The notes beneath the pieces were generated by a model that worked only from the letters and a program-made list of their open reading frames with translations, had not been told where the DNA came from and ran no database searches. Positions 40,383 through 48,755 of a stretch of 64,000 nucleotides of DNA are shown one piece after another. The position numbers and the translations under genes were made by a program. Source of the stretch: Candidatus Latescibacterota bacterium (lineage in GTDB: Bacteria; Latescibacterota; UBA2968; GCA-2709665); contig CAXXJS010000040.1 of NCBI GenBank assembly GCA_963662665.2, positions 128,001-192,000 of the forward strand. Reading direction: 5' to 3'. Within the stretch, counting starts at the first letter, position 1. Each line of letters opens with the position of its first letter.

Positions 40383-40411
40383 TTAGACGCACTCCGGGCG
40401 GTAAGGTTTCA
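40383..40411 (-). promoter_or_regulatory. ECF-sigma-type promoter
   Basis: Minus strand TGAAAC-N16-CGTCTAA. Confidence 0.6.
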
Positions 40412-40537
40412 GTTTTCCGCAAACGTCAATTAATCTGTGTATATGGGCTTACCACTTGAACGGGTCGTTGCGAGAAACAGCCAATAGTCGCCGCGCGTTT
40501 TCCTGCGACCTGCGGCAGGGGTGCCGTGTTTTTGGAA

Positions 40538-40566
40538 TTGACATTGTGTGAATTACAGTTTACAAT
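40538..40566 (+). promoter_or_regulatory. Sigma70 promoter of the TA operon with operator-like inverted repeat; probably leaderless
   Basis: TTGACA-N17-TACAAT ending 6 nt before GTG. Imperfect palindrome TGTGAA...TTTACA in the spacer. Confidence 0.65.
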
Positions 40567-40572
40567 TGTATT

Positions 40573-40899
40573 GTGGAGATCAAGATTTATCAAAATCCCA
40601 ATGGCATCGAACCTTTTGCAGAATGGCTTTCTCCTATCAAGGACAAAGTGACGGTTGCCAGAATCCGAAGTCGTTTGAGGCGAGTGGAAGAGACTGGCAA
40701 TTTAGGTGATTATCGCTCAGTGGGAGATGGTGTCTTTGAATTTCGGCTCCAGTTTGGCGCCGGATACCGGGTTTATTTCGGCAGAATAGCAGACGACGCC
40801 ATTTTGCTGTTACGAGGAGGTAGAAAGGGTTCGCAAAGTCGAGATATTGAAAAGGCAAAAGCAGACTGGAAGCAGCATAATTCAAGGGACTACGAATGA
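40573..40899 (+). CDS. Type II toxin, RelE/HigB-like 'addiction module killer'
   Basis: GNLGD.RSVGDGVFEFRLQFGAGYRVYF and Q.RDI.KA motifs; lower GC. Confidence 0.88.
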   Translation: MEIKIYQNPNGIEPFAEWLSPIKDKVTVARIRSRLRRVEETGNLGDYRSVGDGVFEFRLQFGAGYRVYFGRIADDAILLLRGGRKGSQSRDIEKAKADWKQHNSRDYE

Positions 40900-41204
40900 G
40901 TGCCTATAGAAATTTCAGGGACTATCATATTGAGCAGCTACGGAACCCGGAGGACGCGAAGATCTATCTTACCGTTGCGCTTGATGATTATGAAAAAAAC
41001 GGGGACATTGAAGCGTTCTTGCTGGCAGTCAGAGACGTAGCAGAGGCGCAGGGGGGCATGTCCAGGTTGGCCGCGCGGGTCAGCCTGACCCGAGAGGGAC
41101 TTTACAAAGCGCTTTCAAAAAATGGGAATCCGCAGCTCAACACGATGGGCGAAATTTTGCATGGATTGGGATTCAGGCTTTCGATAGAAGCACGAGAAAA
41201 CTGA
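40896..41204 (+). CDS. HTH antitoxin, 'addiction module antidote'
   Basis: AEAQGGMSRLA...REGLYKALSKNGNP; ATGA overlap with the toxin. Confidence 0.88.
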   Translation: MSAYRNFRDYHIEQLRNPEDAKIYLTVALDDYEKNGDIEAFLLAVRDVAEAQGGMSRLAARVSLTREGLYKALSKNGNPQLNTMGEILHGLGFRLSIEAREN

Positions 41205-41291
41205 CTAAAACTTCACAACCCAATACAAGGGTAAGTCAACAAGAGCAATCCCCAAGTCCATCTATACGGAAATATGGGTAGCGGCATTGCT

Positions 41292-41373
41292 CACGGCGCT
41301 TTGCTGACATCGGCTTCGCGTGAGAATCGGATACCATCCCTGTAAAAACAAAGCACCCGCTTTCGCGGGTGCC
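41292..41373. repeat. Direct repeat copy 1 (~82 bp, includes terminator hairpin)
   Basis: CACGGCGCTTTGCTGACATCGG...GCACCCGCTTTCGCGGGTGCC; matches 42670-42752. Confidence 0.85.
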
Positions 41374-41429
41374 ATTTTTGTTATTGAGGAGTCCATCCCC
41401 GGCGATACCATAGCAGGGCAGACCTGATC

Positions 41430-41503
41430 TTGACGTTTTTATGAAAATTGACTATATTGTCGTCAAATTACTGCGAAAAATGACGAGAGCATAGTCAAAT
41501 GAC
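41430..41503 (+). promoter_or_regulatory. Promoter plus four operator-like near-palindromes
   Basis: TTGACG-N17-TATATT. GAAAATTGAC at 41443, GTCAAATTAC at 41462, GAAAAATGAC at 41475, GTCAAATGAC at 41494 (contains the ATG). Confidence 0.6.
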
Positions 41504-42650
41504 AATTCCACGACTATTTGACGCCCCCCGGAAGAGCTTTTTTCTCCTGGGACCTCGGGGCGCTGGAAAAAGCACCTGGCTGCGATTGACGTTTCCGGAT
41601 GCGCACGTCGTCAATCTTCTGGCCGAGGATACGTACCAGCGCCTGCTTGCGAATCCGGGTCTCCTTGCTGCGGAACTGCAGGCCGTGCCGGATGGCCGGT
41701 GGGTGGTCATGGATGAAATACAAAGATTGCCGGCGCTGCTTAACGAAGTACACCGTTTTATCGAAGAACGCAGTCTGCGCTTTGTATTGTGCGGGTCCAG
41801 TGCGAGAAAACTCAAACGGGCGGGCGTCAACCTCCTCGCCGGCCGCGCCCTGAATCGCGCGATGCATCCCTTTACTCCCGAGGAGTTGGGAGAACGGTTC
41901 GCGCTTGACGACGCCTTACAACACGGACTGCTGCCCATCGTATGGGATTCGGAAGACAGAGCAGAGACACTGGCTGCCTATACGCAGATGTATCTTAAAG
42001 AGGAGATACAAGCCGAGGCGCTTGTGCGCAATTTACCAGGATTTGCGCGCTTTCTCCCCGTTGCGGCGCTCTTTCACGGCCAAACCGTTAACGTGACCAA
42101 CATCGCAAGGGAAGCTCAGGTTGCACGTACCACGGTGACCGGATATATGCAGATCCTGGAGGAAACGCTCCTGGGCTTTCAACTTCCTGCATACGAGACG
42201 CGATTGCGGGTGCGCGAACGAAAGTTGCCCAAGTGGTATTGGTGTGACCCCGGTCTGGTACGGTCGATGAAAAGGGTGACGACGCCTCCCTCGCCGGAGG
42301 AACGAGGCGCTCTATTCGAGGGCCTGATTGCTCAGTTGATTCGGGCGTACACGGACTACCGTAATCTGTGCGATGACTGCTTCTATTGGTCGACCGCTGC
42401 GCAAACGCGAACTGAGGTCGACTTCCTGCTCAAACGGGCCGGAGAATTCGTGGCAGTCGAAGTCAAATCCGGCCGGACGTTTGCGGAATCCTGGTGCAAG
42501 GGTATGAGGGCCCTGGCCGCGCTGCCGGGGCTTTGCCGCCGGCTTGTGGTCTATCCCGAAGGACCTGAATTACGTACCACGGACGGTATCGAAATCCTTC
42601 CGTTTTCGCAATTCTCCAGCCTGTTGGCCGCCGATGCTCTTTGGCCGTGA
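41499..42650 (+). CDS. AAA+ ATPase with DUF4143 domain (second, divergent paralog)
   Basis: GPRGAGKS, MDEIQ, GSSARKL, LAGRA, PKWYWCDPG and EVDF...VEVK motifs. Confidence 0.9.
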   Translation: MTIPRLFDAPRKSFFLLGPRGAGKSTWLRLTFPDAHVVNLLAEDTYQRLLANPGLLAAELQAVPDGRWVVMDEIQRLPALLNEVHRFIEERSLRFVLCGSSARKLKRAGVNLLAGRALNRAMHPFTPEELGERFALDDALQHGLLPIVWDSEDRAETLAAYTQMYLKEEIQAEALVRNLPGFARFLPVAALFHGQTVNVTNIAREAQVARTTVTGYMQILEETLLGFQLPAYETRLRVRERKLPKWYWCDPGLVRSMKRVTTPPSPEERGALFEGLIAQLIRAYTDYRNLCDDCFYWSTAAQTRTEVDFLLKRAGEFVAVEVKSGRTFAESWCKGMRALAALPGLCRRLVVYPEGPELRTTDGIEILPFSQFSSLLAADALWP

Positions 42651-42669
42651 GGGAATACGCTAAGGTACA

Positions 42670-42752
42670 CACGGCGCTTTGCTGACATCGGATTCGCGTG
42701 AGAATCCGCTACCATCCCCGCAATAAAAACGGCACCCGCTTTCGCGGGTGCC
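42670..42752. repeat. Direct repeat copy 2, including the tRNA-Leu terminator
   Basis: Matches 41292-41373. GGCACCCGC-TTTC-GCGGGTGCC hairpin just downstream of the tRNA 3' end. Confidence 0.85.
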
Positions 42753-42762
42753 TTTATTTTTC

Positions 42763-42849
<87 letters not shown>

Positions 42850-43023
42850 GCCATTGAATCCGGGATCGGAAAATATCTCAATCTGCGCTCAAGCTGTCAA
42901 GAGGAAACAGGTGTTCGACAACGTATCATTCGTCGCAGGAAGAACGGCCTCATGTGCCGCCGGTCAGGTCTCGCCAGGATCAATCTCCTGCGGCATCATT
43001 AGGATGCCGCAGGAGATCCTTCG

Positions 43024-43644
43024 TCAGCCTGGCGGCTTCCGATCCGCCACGGGCGGCCCCAGAATCTCATTGTAGATGATCGCCTTGCGGACCGTTTTCG
43101 GTTTGAAATCGAGCTTGATCCGCCGTCGACGGGTCCTGCGGTGAAGCGCCGCGGCCGGCGGTTGGACGTCCGGCGAACCATCCCGCTCGCCTTCCGCAGC
43201 GGATCCAGCCCCGTCGCCGCTTGTCATCCCGCCAGGGTGCGCTTCCTCCGGCGGGTCGAAACCGGCCGGCCGATATTCATCCCCCGTGGAGGCTTCACTC
43301 ACCGGGCGCGCGCCCCTGACTTCCCGAAATTCGACCCCACCCTCTGGCTCGTCCACGGGGCGGGCACCCCGAATCTCACGAAACTCCTTTCCCCTGTTCG
43401 CCTCACTCACCTGGCGTTTGCCTCTTACCTCCCTGAATTCCTCTCCCATGGGCGTCGGCCCGAACGGGTGCGGTTCCGGGAGGGCCTCATCTTCCCAGGC
43501 TTCGACGTCCTGCCCGCCCATCGGGGGCAGGGCAAGATCGTCTTCCTGTGGCTCCCGGCGCCGCCGTGCCTCCAGGATCTTGTTGATCACCGAAGAGATT
43601 ACACTCAGCGCGATCACCAGGATGATGGTGAGTTCGAAACTCAT
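43024..43644 (-). CDS. Membrane-anchored YqfB-like protein with 18-aa internal repeats
   Basis: N-terminal TM segment, C-terminal KAIIYNEILGPP, follows floA. Confidence 0.7.
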   Translation of the reverse strand: MSFELTIILVIALSVISSVINKILEARRRREPQEDDLALPPMGGQDVEAWEDEALPEPHPFGPTPMGEEFREVRGKRQVSEANRGKEFREIRGARPVDEPEGGVEFREVRGARPVSEASTGDEYRPAGFDPPEEAHPGGMTSGDGAGSAAEGERDGSPDVQPPAAALHRRTRRRRIKLDFKPKTVRKAIIYNEILGPPVADRKPPG

Positions 43645-43647
43645 GAT

Positions 43648-44646
43648 TTAGGTTTCTCCCCGATCCGTATCATTTTCCGTACTCTCAGGGGTTTCGGCGA
43701 TTCCCTCTCGCATTGAGGTATCGGCCTGGATATTCTGCATCCGGTAATAATCCATCACGCCCAGATTGCCGCTTCGGAACGCTTCGGCCATCGCGCGGGG
43801 CACCTCGGCTTCCGCCTCCACGACCCGGGCCCGCATCTCCACGACTCTCGCGCTCATCTCCTGCTCATGCGCCACGGCCATCGCACGCCGCTCTTCCGCC
43901 TTCGCCCGTGCGATCTTCAGATCGGCCTCTGCCTGGTCCGTCTGGAGTTTCGCGCCGATATTGTCTCCCACGTCGACGTCGGCGATATCAATCGAGAGGA
44001 TTTCATACGCCGTGCCCGAATCCAACCCTTTCCCCAACACGGTCTTTGAAATCAGATCCGGATTCTCCAGCACGGCCTTGTGTGTATCCGAGGAACCGAT
44101 TGTTGTCACGATCCCTTCGCCGACCCGCGCGACGATCGTCTCCTCGCCGGCGCCGCCGACCAACCGGTCGATGTTGGCGCGCACGGTGACCCTGGACGTC
44201 GCCTTTACCTGGATGCCGTCTTTGGCCACGGCCGTGACCATCGGGGTGGAAATCACTTTGGGATTGACGCTGACCTGCACGGCCTCCAGCACGTTACGGC
44301 CGGCAAGGTCGATGGCCGCGGCGCGCTCCGTGGTGAGATTGATCCCGGCTTTGTCCGCCGCAATCAGGGCAGTGATCACGTTCTCCACCTGCCCTCCCGA
44401 CAAAAAATGCGCTTCCAGGAAGGAAGTTGGGATCTTCAGCCCGGCCTTGGTTGCGCTGATCTGAGCTCCCAGGATAAGTCGCGGGGAAACGCGGCGCAGG
44501 CGCATCCCCACCAGTTCGCCGATACCGATCCGGACGCGGGCCGCAAGCGCCGAGATCCACAGCCCGAACGGAATAAAATAAAAGAATAGAAACAGTGCGA
44601 CGACTAGTGCGACAACACCAAACAACAGCGCAATTCCTTCGAACAT
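43648..44646 (-). CDS. floA: Flotillin-like protein FloA (YqfA)
   Basis: [31 protein letters not shown] and [10 protein letters not shown] motifs. Confidence 0.95.
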   Translation of the reverse strand: MFEGIALLFGVVALVVALFLFFYFIPFGLWISALAARVRIGIGELVGMRLRRVSPRLILGAQISATKAGLKIPTSFLEAHFLSGGQVENVITALIAADKAGINLTTERAAAIDLAGRNVLEAVQVSVNPKVISTPMVTAVAKDGIQVKATSRVTVRANIDRLVGGAGEETIVARVGEGIVTTIGSSDTHKAVLENPDLISKTVLGKGLDSGTAYEILSIDIADVDVGDNIGAKLQTDQAEADLKIARAKAEERRAMAVAHEQEMSARVVEMRARVVEAEAEVPRAMAEAFRSGNLGVMDYYRMQNIQADTSMREGIAETPESTENDTDRGET

Positions 44647-44704
44647 ATCACGGCTCCTTGTTTTCTCAGACGGTTGAACCGGTCCGGCTCAAACGAGGGT
44701 CCCG

Positions 44705-45013
44705 TTAACGGGCGTCCTCGGCCTTACGTACCACAATCCGGTTGCCTTCAACCTCGACCACCCTGATCGGGCTGTCCTTTTCGATAAATTCGCCATCGGG
44801 CGCCACGTTGACCCGACGCCCGTCGATCAGGCCGGTACCCGATGGCCGCAGCGGCGTGCAGGCCACACCCTCTTTGCCGGTTAGCGCGTCATGACTTCCC
44901 GTGGCTATGTATCCTGCTTCGGTACGTTCGTCTGCGTTTAGCACCAGCCATTTCCACAACACAACGGTAATTGCGACGACAAACACGACCAATATAGCAA
45001 TTACTTCGATCAT
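44705..45013 (-). CDS. Short NfeD-type protein (one TM plus C-terminal OB fold)
   Basis: TPLRPSG...VEVEGNRIVVR; near-identical to the 3' end of the upstream nfeD. Confidence 0.75.
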   Translation of the reverse strand: MIEVIAILVVFVVAITVVLWKWLVLNADERTEAGYIATGSHDALTGKEGVACTPLRPSGTGLIDGRRVNVAPDGEFIEKDSPIRVVEVEGNRIVVRKAEDAR

Positions 45014-45075
45014 AAAACGGCGCCTGACCAATTTCAATCAGCTGCGATGCCCCCTGCCGAATGACACTCACCAAG

Positions 45076-45104
45076 CGGCCCGTTGAAAAAGTCCATCCGG
45101 ACTG
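45076..45104. mobile_element. Remnant end of the IS5-like MITE seen at 62282-62604
   Basis: CGGCCCGTTGAAAAAGTCCATCCGGACTG versus reverse complement of the MITE right end, CAGCCCGTTGAAACAGTCCATCCGGGCTG. Confidence 0.65.
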
Positions 45105-46448
45105 CTAACCCGTTTCCCCGGTCTTACGTACCACAATCCGGTTGCCTTCGACCTCGACCACCGTAATCGGGCTGTCCTTTTCGATAAATTCGCCATCGGC
45201 CGCCACGTTGACCCGACGCCCGTCGATCAGGCCGGTACCCGATGGCCGCAGCGGCGTAAACGCGACGCCCTCCTTTCCCACGAGTGCGTCGTGTTGACCG
45301 GTGGCTATATAACCTGCGTCACTGCGTTCTTCTTCATGTAGCACAAGCCATTTCCACGCAGACGTGCGGGGCAGCATTTTCAACATCACGCAGGCGATCA
45401 CAACCGTGGATATAAATGCCAGAAGCAGCGGCCGGGCGCCAACGCCAACGGACTGCCACGTCCACAGTTCCGGGCGCCCCATGAGGCTCAGAAAGAGACC
45501 GGCAAACATCAGGATGACTCCCGGGATCGCCAGCACCCCGAATCCGACAACGAAAAACAGATCGGCGAGCACAAGGATCAACCCGACGAGAAAAAGCAGA
45601 ACTTCCGTCCAGTCAGCAAGGTTCACCAGAAGATGACTGCCAAAAAACAGACCCAGGCAGATCAGGCCCAACGTGCCCCCGACGCCCCAACCCGGGCTCT
45701 GGATCTCGAAGATCAGGCCCAGAAATCCGAGAGACATGAGCAGCGACGCCACGTAGGGGTGCGTCAGCCATCGCACGACCTGCTCGGACCAGTTCACCGA
45801 CAGGTGGGAGACGGGTTTCCCGTTCAAGCCATAATGTGACAGCACGGCCTGGAGTTTTTCAGCCTCGCCCGTCTCCGAAATCCGGTATTCCGCGATCTTT
45901 TTCGCAACCGCTTCGGTCGTTGTGAGCGTAAGCAGCTTACCCTTGGGCGCGAGGTCCTCGATATCCACGTCTTCGTCGACCATTGCCTCAGCAAGCTCAG
46001 GCGGGCGGCCCGTCTTCTCGGCCGTTGCCTTCATCTCGTTGCGAAAATACGAAATCACCTTTTCACTGGCCTTTTTCCCCTGCATATCGACTGCCGTCGC
46101 GGCGCCGATCGTTCCTCCGTCAACCATGACGATATGCCTTGTGGCCAGTGAAATCAACGCACCGGCCGATATTGCACGCGGGTTGATGAAGGCAATGGTT
46201 TTTACGTCGCTGTAGAGAATTGCGTCCCGGACGACCAGGGCCGCGTCGAGCGCGCCGCCGGGCGTGTCAATTTCAAAAATCACCGCAGACGCGCCTTCTG
46301 ACTCCGCGTCGTCCATCACCCGCGAGACAAACGCCGCAAGCCCTCGCTCAATGGTCCCCTTGATCGGCACGACGTAGACAGAGCCTTCCGCGCGGCACAG
46401 GGCCGGCAGGAGCAGAACGAGAGCCAGAACCGGAAGGGAAACACGCAT
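45105..46448 (-). CDS. nfeD: NfeD-family membrane-bound ClpP-class serine protease (YqeZ-like)
   Basis: IDTPGG, AISAGALI, GKLLTLT motifs; TM region; C-terminal OB fold. Confidence 0.92.
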   Translation of the reverse strand: MRVSLPVLALVLLLPALCRAEGSVYVVPIKGTIERGLAAFVSRVMDDAESEGASAVIFEIDTPGGALDAALVVRDAILYSDVKTIAFINPRAISAGALISLATRHIVMVDGGTIGAATAVDMQGKKASEKVISYFRNEMKATAEKTGRPPELAEAMVDEDVDIEDLAPKGKLLTLTTTEAVAKKIAEYRISETGEAEKLQAVLSHYGLNGKPVSHLSVNWSEQVVRWLTHPYVASLLMSLGFLGLIFEIQSPGWGVGGTLGLICLGLFFGSHLLVNLADWTEVLLFLVGLILVLADLFFVVGFGVLAIPGVILMFAGLFLSLMGRPELWTWQSVGVGARPLLLAFISTVVIACVMLKMLPRTSAWKWLVLHEEERSDAGYIATGQHDALVGKEGVAFTPLRPSGTGLIDGRRVNVAADGEFIEKDSPITVVEVEGNRIVVRKTGETG

Positions 46449-46634
46449 GTCGAGAAACTCCCCGGGGTGTCGGGAATTATACGGCATTAACCTCATTGTC
46501 AGTGTACCGCATTCACCCCCTGTTGTCAATGGCTTTCAAACCAACTGCCAGGGTAAGCGGGGCCGCGATCAACGGCGTTTTCCGGCTTGACATCAACGCC
46601 GCATCCTTGTATTTTTGACTTGAAAAGAACAGGT

Positions 46635-46710
46635 GGCGGCGTAGCTCAGTTGGCAGAGCAGTGGAATCATAATCCATGGGTCGGGGGTTCAAGTCCCTCC
46701 GCCGCTACCA
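46635..46710 (+). tRNA. tRNA with CAT anticodon, most likely elongator tRNA-Met
   Basis: GGCGGCGTAGCTCAG...TCATAA...GGTTCAAGTCC...ACCA. Lacks initiator features; Ile2 not fully excluded. Promoter TTGACA-N17-TATTTT at 46587-46615. Confidence 0.93.
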
Positions 46711-46726
46711 ATTGAAACTCCGGCGG

Positions 46727-46767
46727 TAGAAGCGGCGTTTGCGCTTGAGGCGCGAACGCCGCTTCTA
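46727..46767. terminator. Hairpin between tRNA and the convergent gene
   Basis: TAGAAGCGGCGTTTGCGC-TTGAG-GCGCGAACGCCGCTTCTA. Confidence 0.65.
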
Positions 46768-47826
46768 TGTGGCATTGACTTCATGCCGGATAAAGGGATG
46801 TGAACAGGGGTATCCCTCCGTCGCCCACATCGTCCTTTCGGCCGGGCACACGATGATCCCGCTATCCGTATGCAAACCGGCCTGCCCGTGCTGGCAGATG
46901 CCCACCGGGTCGGCGTGGGTCCGGTACATTTCGGCCAGGCCTTCGAAGCTTCGCGCCACGTCCCCTTCCATCCGCGACACCAAATCGATTCGCGCGTGGC
47001 TGTTGTCCAGATACGGCAATGCCGGATCGTCCTTCCCCACCAGTTCTTTCCCTATACAATGGTTGGTCTCCCACACCGCGCCCCCGGACACGGACGGGCG
47101 CCTGACTGTCTGTCCCGCCACGTGTTTTTCCAGAATCGCCACGTCTCCGGTCGCGTCGCCCATCAGCACGCTCATGCCGTGCATCGGGACCTCGAATCCG
47201 GCGCACAAGGCTGCGGCATCTTCGACGGTGCGACACCGTTCCGCCAGCAATGGCAAGAGAAACAGCACAGGAACGCCGCCGTGACGGCGCTCACATCCGG
47301 TCAATCCCGTCATGCCGAACCCGAACCCGGCCTCGTTGACCGCCGCCGACGTCCAGATCGTTCCTACGAAGTGCAACTGGACGGAACGCAGTTTGCCCGA
47401 AGGCGCCGTCTGATGAATCGCGTTGGCCCCCAGTTCTCTTTTTCCCAGGTCGTCGGATTTACCCAGCCACGCCCGGCCTGCCTCATCGGCAAACCCGAAT
47501 ACGCTGCACGCGGGCGTTGTGAATTCATCCAGATCGAAGACGAGATTGAGCTCTAACACGTCGTCGAACGGCAGCCCGGCGCCGGTGGCAATCCCCTCTA
47601 TCTCCCGGATCCTATCGGGAAACAGACTGCCGATCCGCCGCCTCCACATGTCGATTTTTTGCTTCCGCGCGTCCGGTCCCAACCCCGGGCGCCAACCACC
47701 CTCCCCGTCGGCAAAGTCCTCCCTGTATCGATCGATCAAACCTGCGATGCGATCCGATGCGGCGCGCCCGTGGGCAATGCCTCGGGCCCACGCGTCACCT
47801 TCGGTCCGGAAATAAAACATAAACAC
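46765..47826 (-). CDS. C45-family autoproteolytic acyltransferase/hydrolase (Ntn)
   Basis: RGIAHG, EIEGIA.GAG, ACS (Cys nucleophile), VNEAG and TNH motifs. Confidence 0.82.
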   Translation of the reverse strand: MFMFYFRTEGDAWARGIAHGRAASDRIAGLIDRYREDFADGEGGWRPGLGPDARKQKIDMWRRRIGSLFPDRIREIEGIATGAGLPFDDVLELNLVFDLDEFTTPACSVFGFADEAGRAWLGKSDDLGKRELGANAIHQTAPSGKLRSVQLHFVGTIWTSAAVNEAGFGFGMTGLTGCERRHGGVPVLFLLPLLAERCRTVEDAAALCAGFEVPMHGMSVLMGDATGDVAILEKHVAGQTVRRPSVSGGAVWETNHCIGKELVGKDDPALPYLDNSHARIDLVSRMEGDVARSFEGLAEMYRTHADPVGICQHGQAGLHTDSGIIVCPAERTMWATEGYPCSHPFIRHEVNAT

Positions 47827-47870
47827 CTCGTTGCCTGATCACAGGTTTCTGCAACCGCGCGGGTCTCGCC

Positions 47871-48743
47871 CTATTTCCCCATCGCCTGCGCCATTGCACG
47901 CACGTGTTCAGGGCCGGCGCCGCAGCAGGATCCCAGATACCGGACGTCCGCCGCTACAGCGTCCCTCGCAAACCGTTCGAATTGCGCGACCGTGGCCGCG
48001 GGCCGGTCCCACCAGGAATGCCAGGCAGATGGCTGGCAACAAACCGGCACGTTTACTGACCTGCGCATACGGATTGCGAATTCAAGCATCGCCGAGGGCG
48101 GGCAGATGCAGTTCAGACCCACCACGTCGGCGCCGGCATCCGCAAGCTGTCTGGCGCATTCTTCCGGCGAAAACCCGTCGAAAGTCTCCCCGTATCCGTT
48201 TCCCTCCATGCTCACCGTAACCACCAGCGGGAGTCGGGATCCTCTGGCCAGTTCCAGCGCCAGGAGCGCCTCGTCCAGCCAGGAGAACGTCTCCAGGATC
48301 AGAAAATCAACGCCACCGTCGCAGATCCAGGGAAGCTGCTCGTCCAGCCACGCGCGCGTTCGGTCCCGCTTCGCGGCGTCCGAGGGATCGTAATCCATAA
48401 GGCTGATGGTGGGGCTGTTCAGATTGCCGGCAACCAGCGCATCGTCGCCCGCCACCTCTTTGGCAATACGACACGCCGTGATATTGATTTCCTTCGCACA
48501 GTCCCCGAACCCTTCCGGCTTCAGCATATTGGACGTGCCGAAGAACGTGAGCGTCTGAAGGACTTCGGCCCCGGCGTCCTTGAACTCCCGCGTCAGCCTG
48601 CGCACCTCCTCGGGATGAGTCGCCACCACCTGGGGCGTCATGGCGCCCGTTCTCACGAAACCCCGGAGCCGCAGCCCCATCAGGTATCCGCCGTCGCCCA
48701 ATACGAAGCCCTTTTCCAGACGCTGTAACAGACCCTCTGGCAT
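47871..48743 (-). CDS. Homocysteine S-methyltransferase-family protein
   Basis: LGDGG, LETF, GLNC and GSCCG (Zn cysteines). Confidence 0.9.
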   Translation of the reverse strand: MPEGLLQRLEKGFVLGDGGYLMGLRLRGFVRTGAMTPQVVATHPEEVRRLTREFKDAGAEVLQTLTFFGTSNMLKPEGFGDCAKEINITACRIAKEVAGDDALVAGNLNSPTISLMDYDPSDAAKRDRTRAWLDEQLPWICDGGVDFLILETFSWLDEALLALELARGSRLPLVVTVSMEGNGYGETFDGFSPEECARQLADAGADVVGLNCICPPSAMLEFAIRMRRSVNVPVCCQPSAWHSWWDRPAATVAQFERFARDAVAADVRYLGSCCGAGPEHVRAMAQAMGK

Positions 48744-48755
48744 AGATCAACTCCG

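Noticed and set aside
46635-46770. Integration site at tRNA-Met
   Set aside because: No duplicated tRNA 3' end or integrase found in the window.
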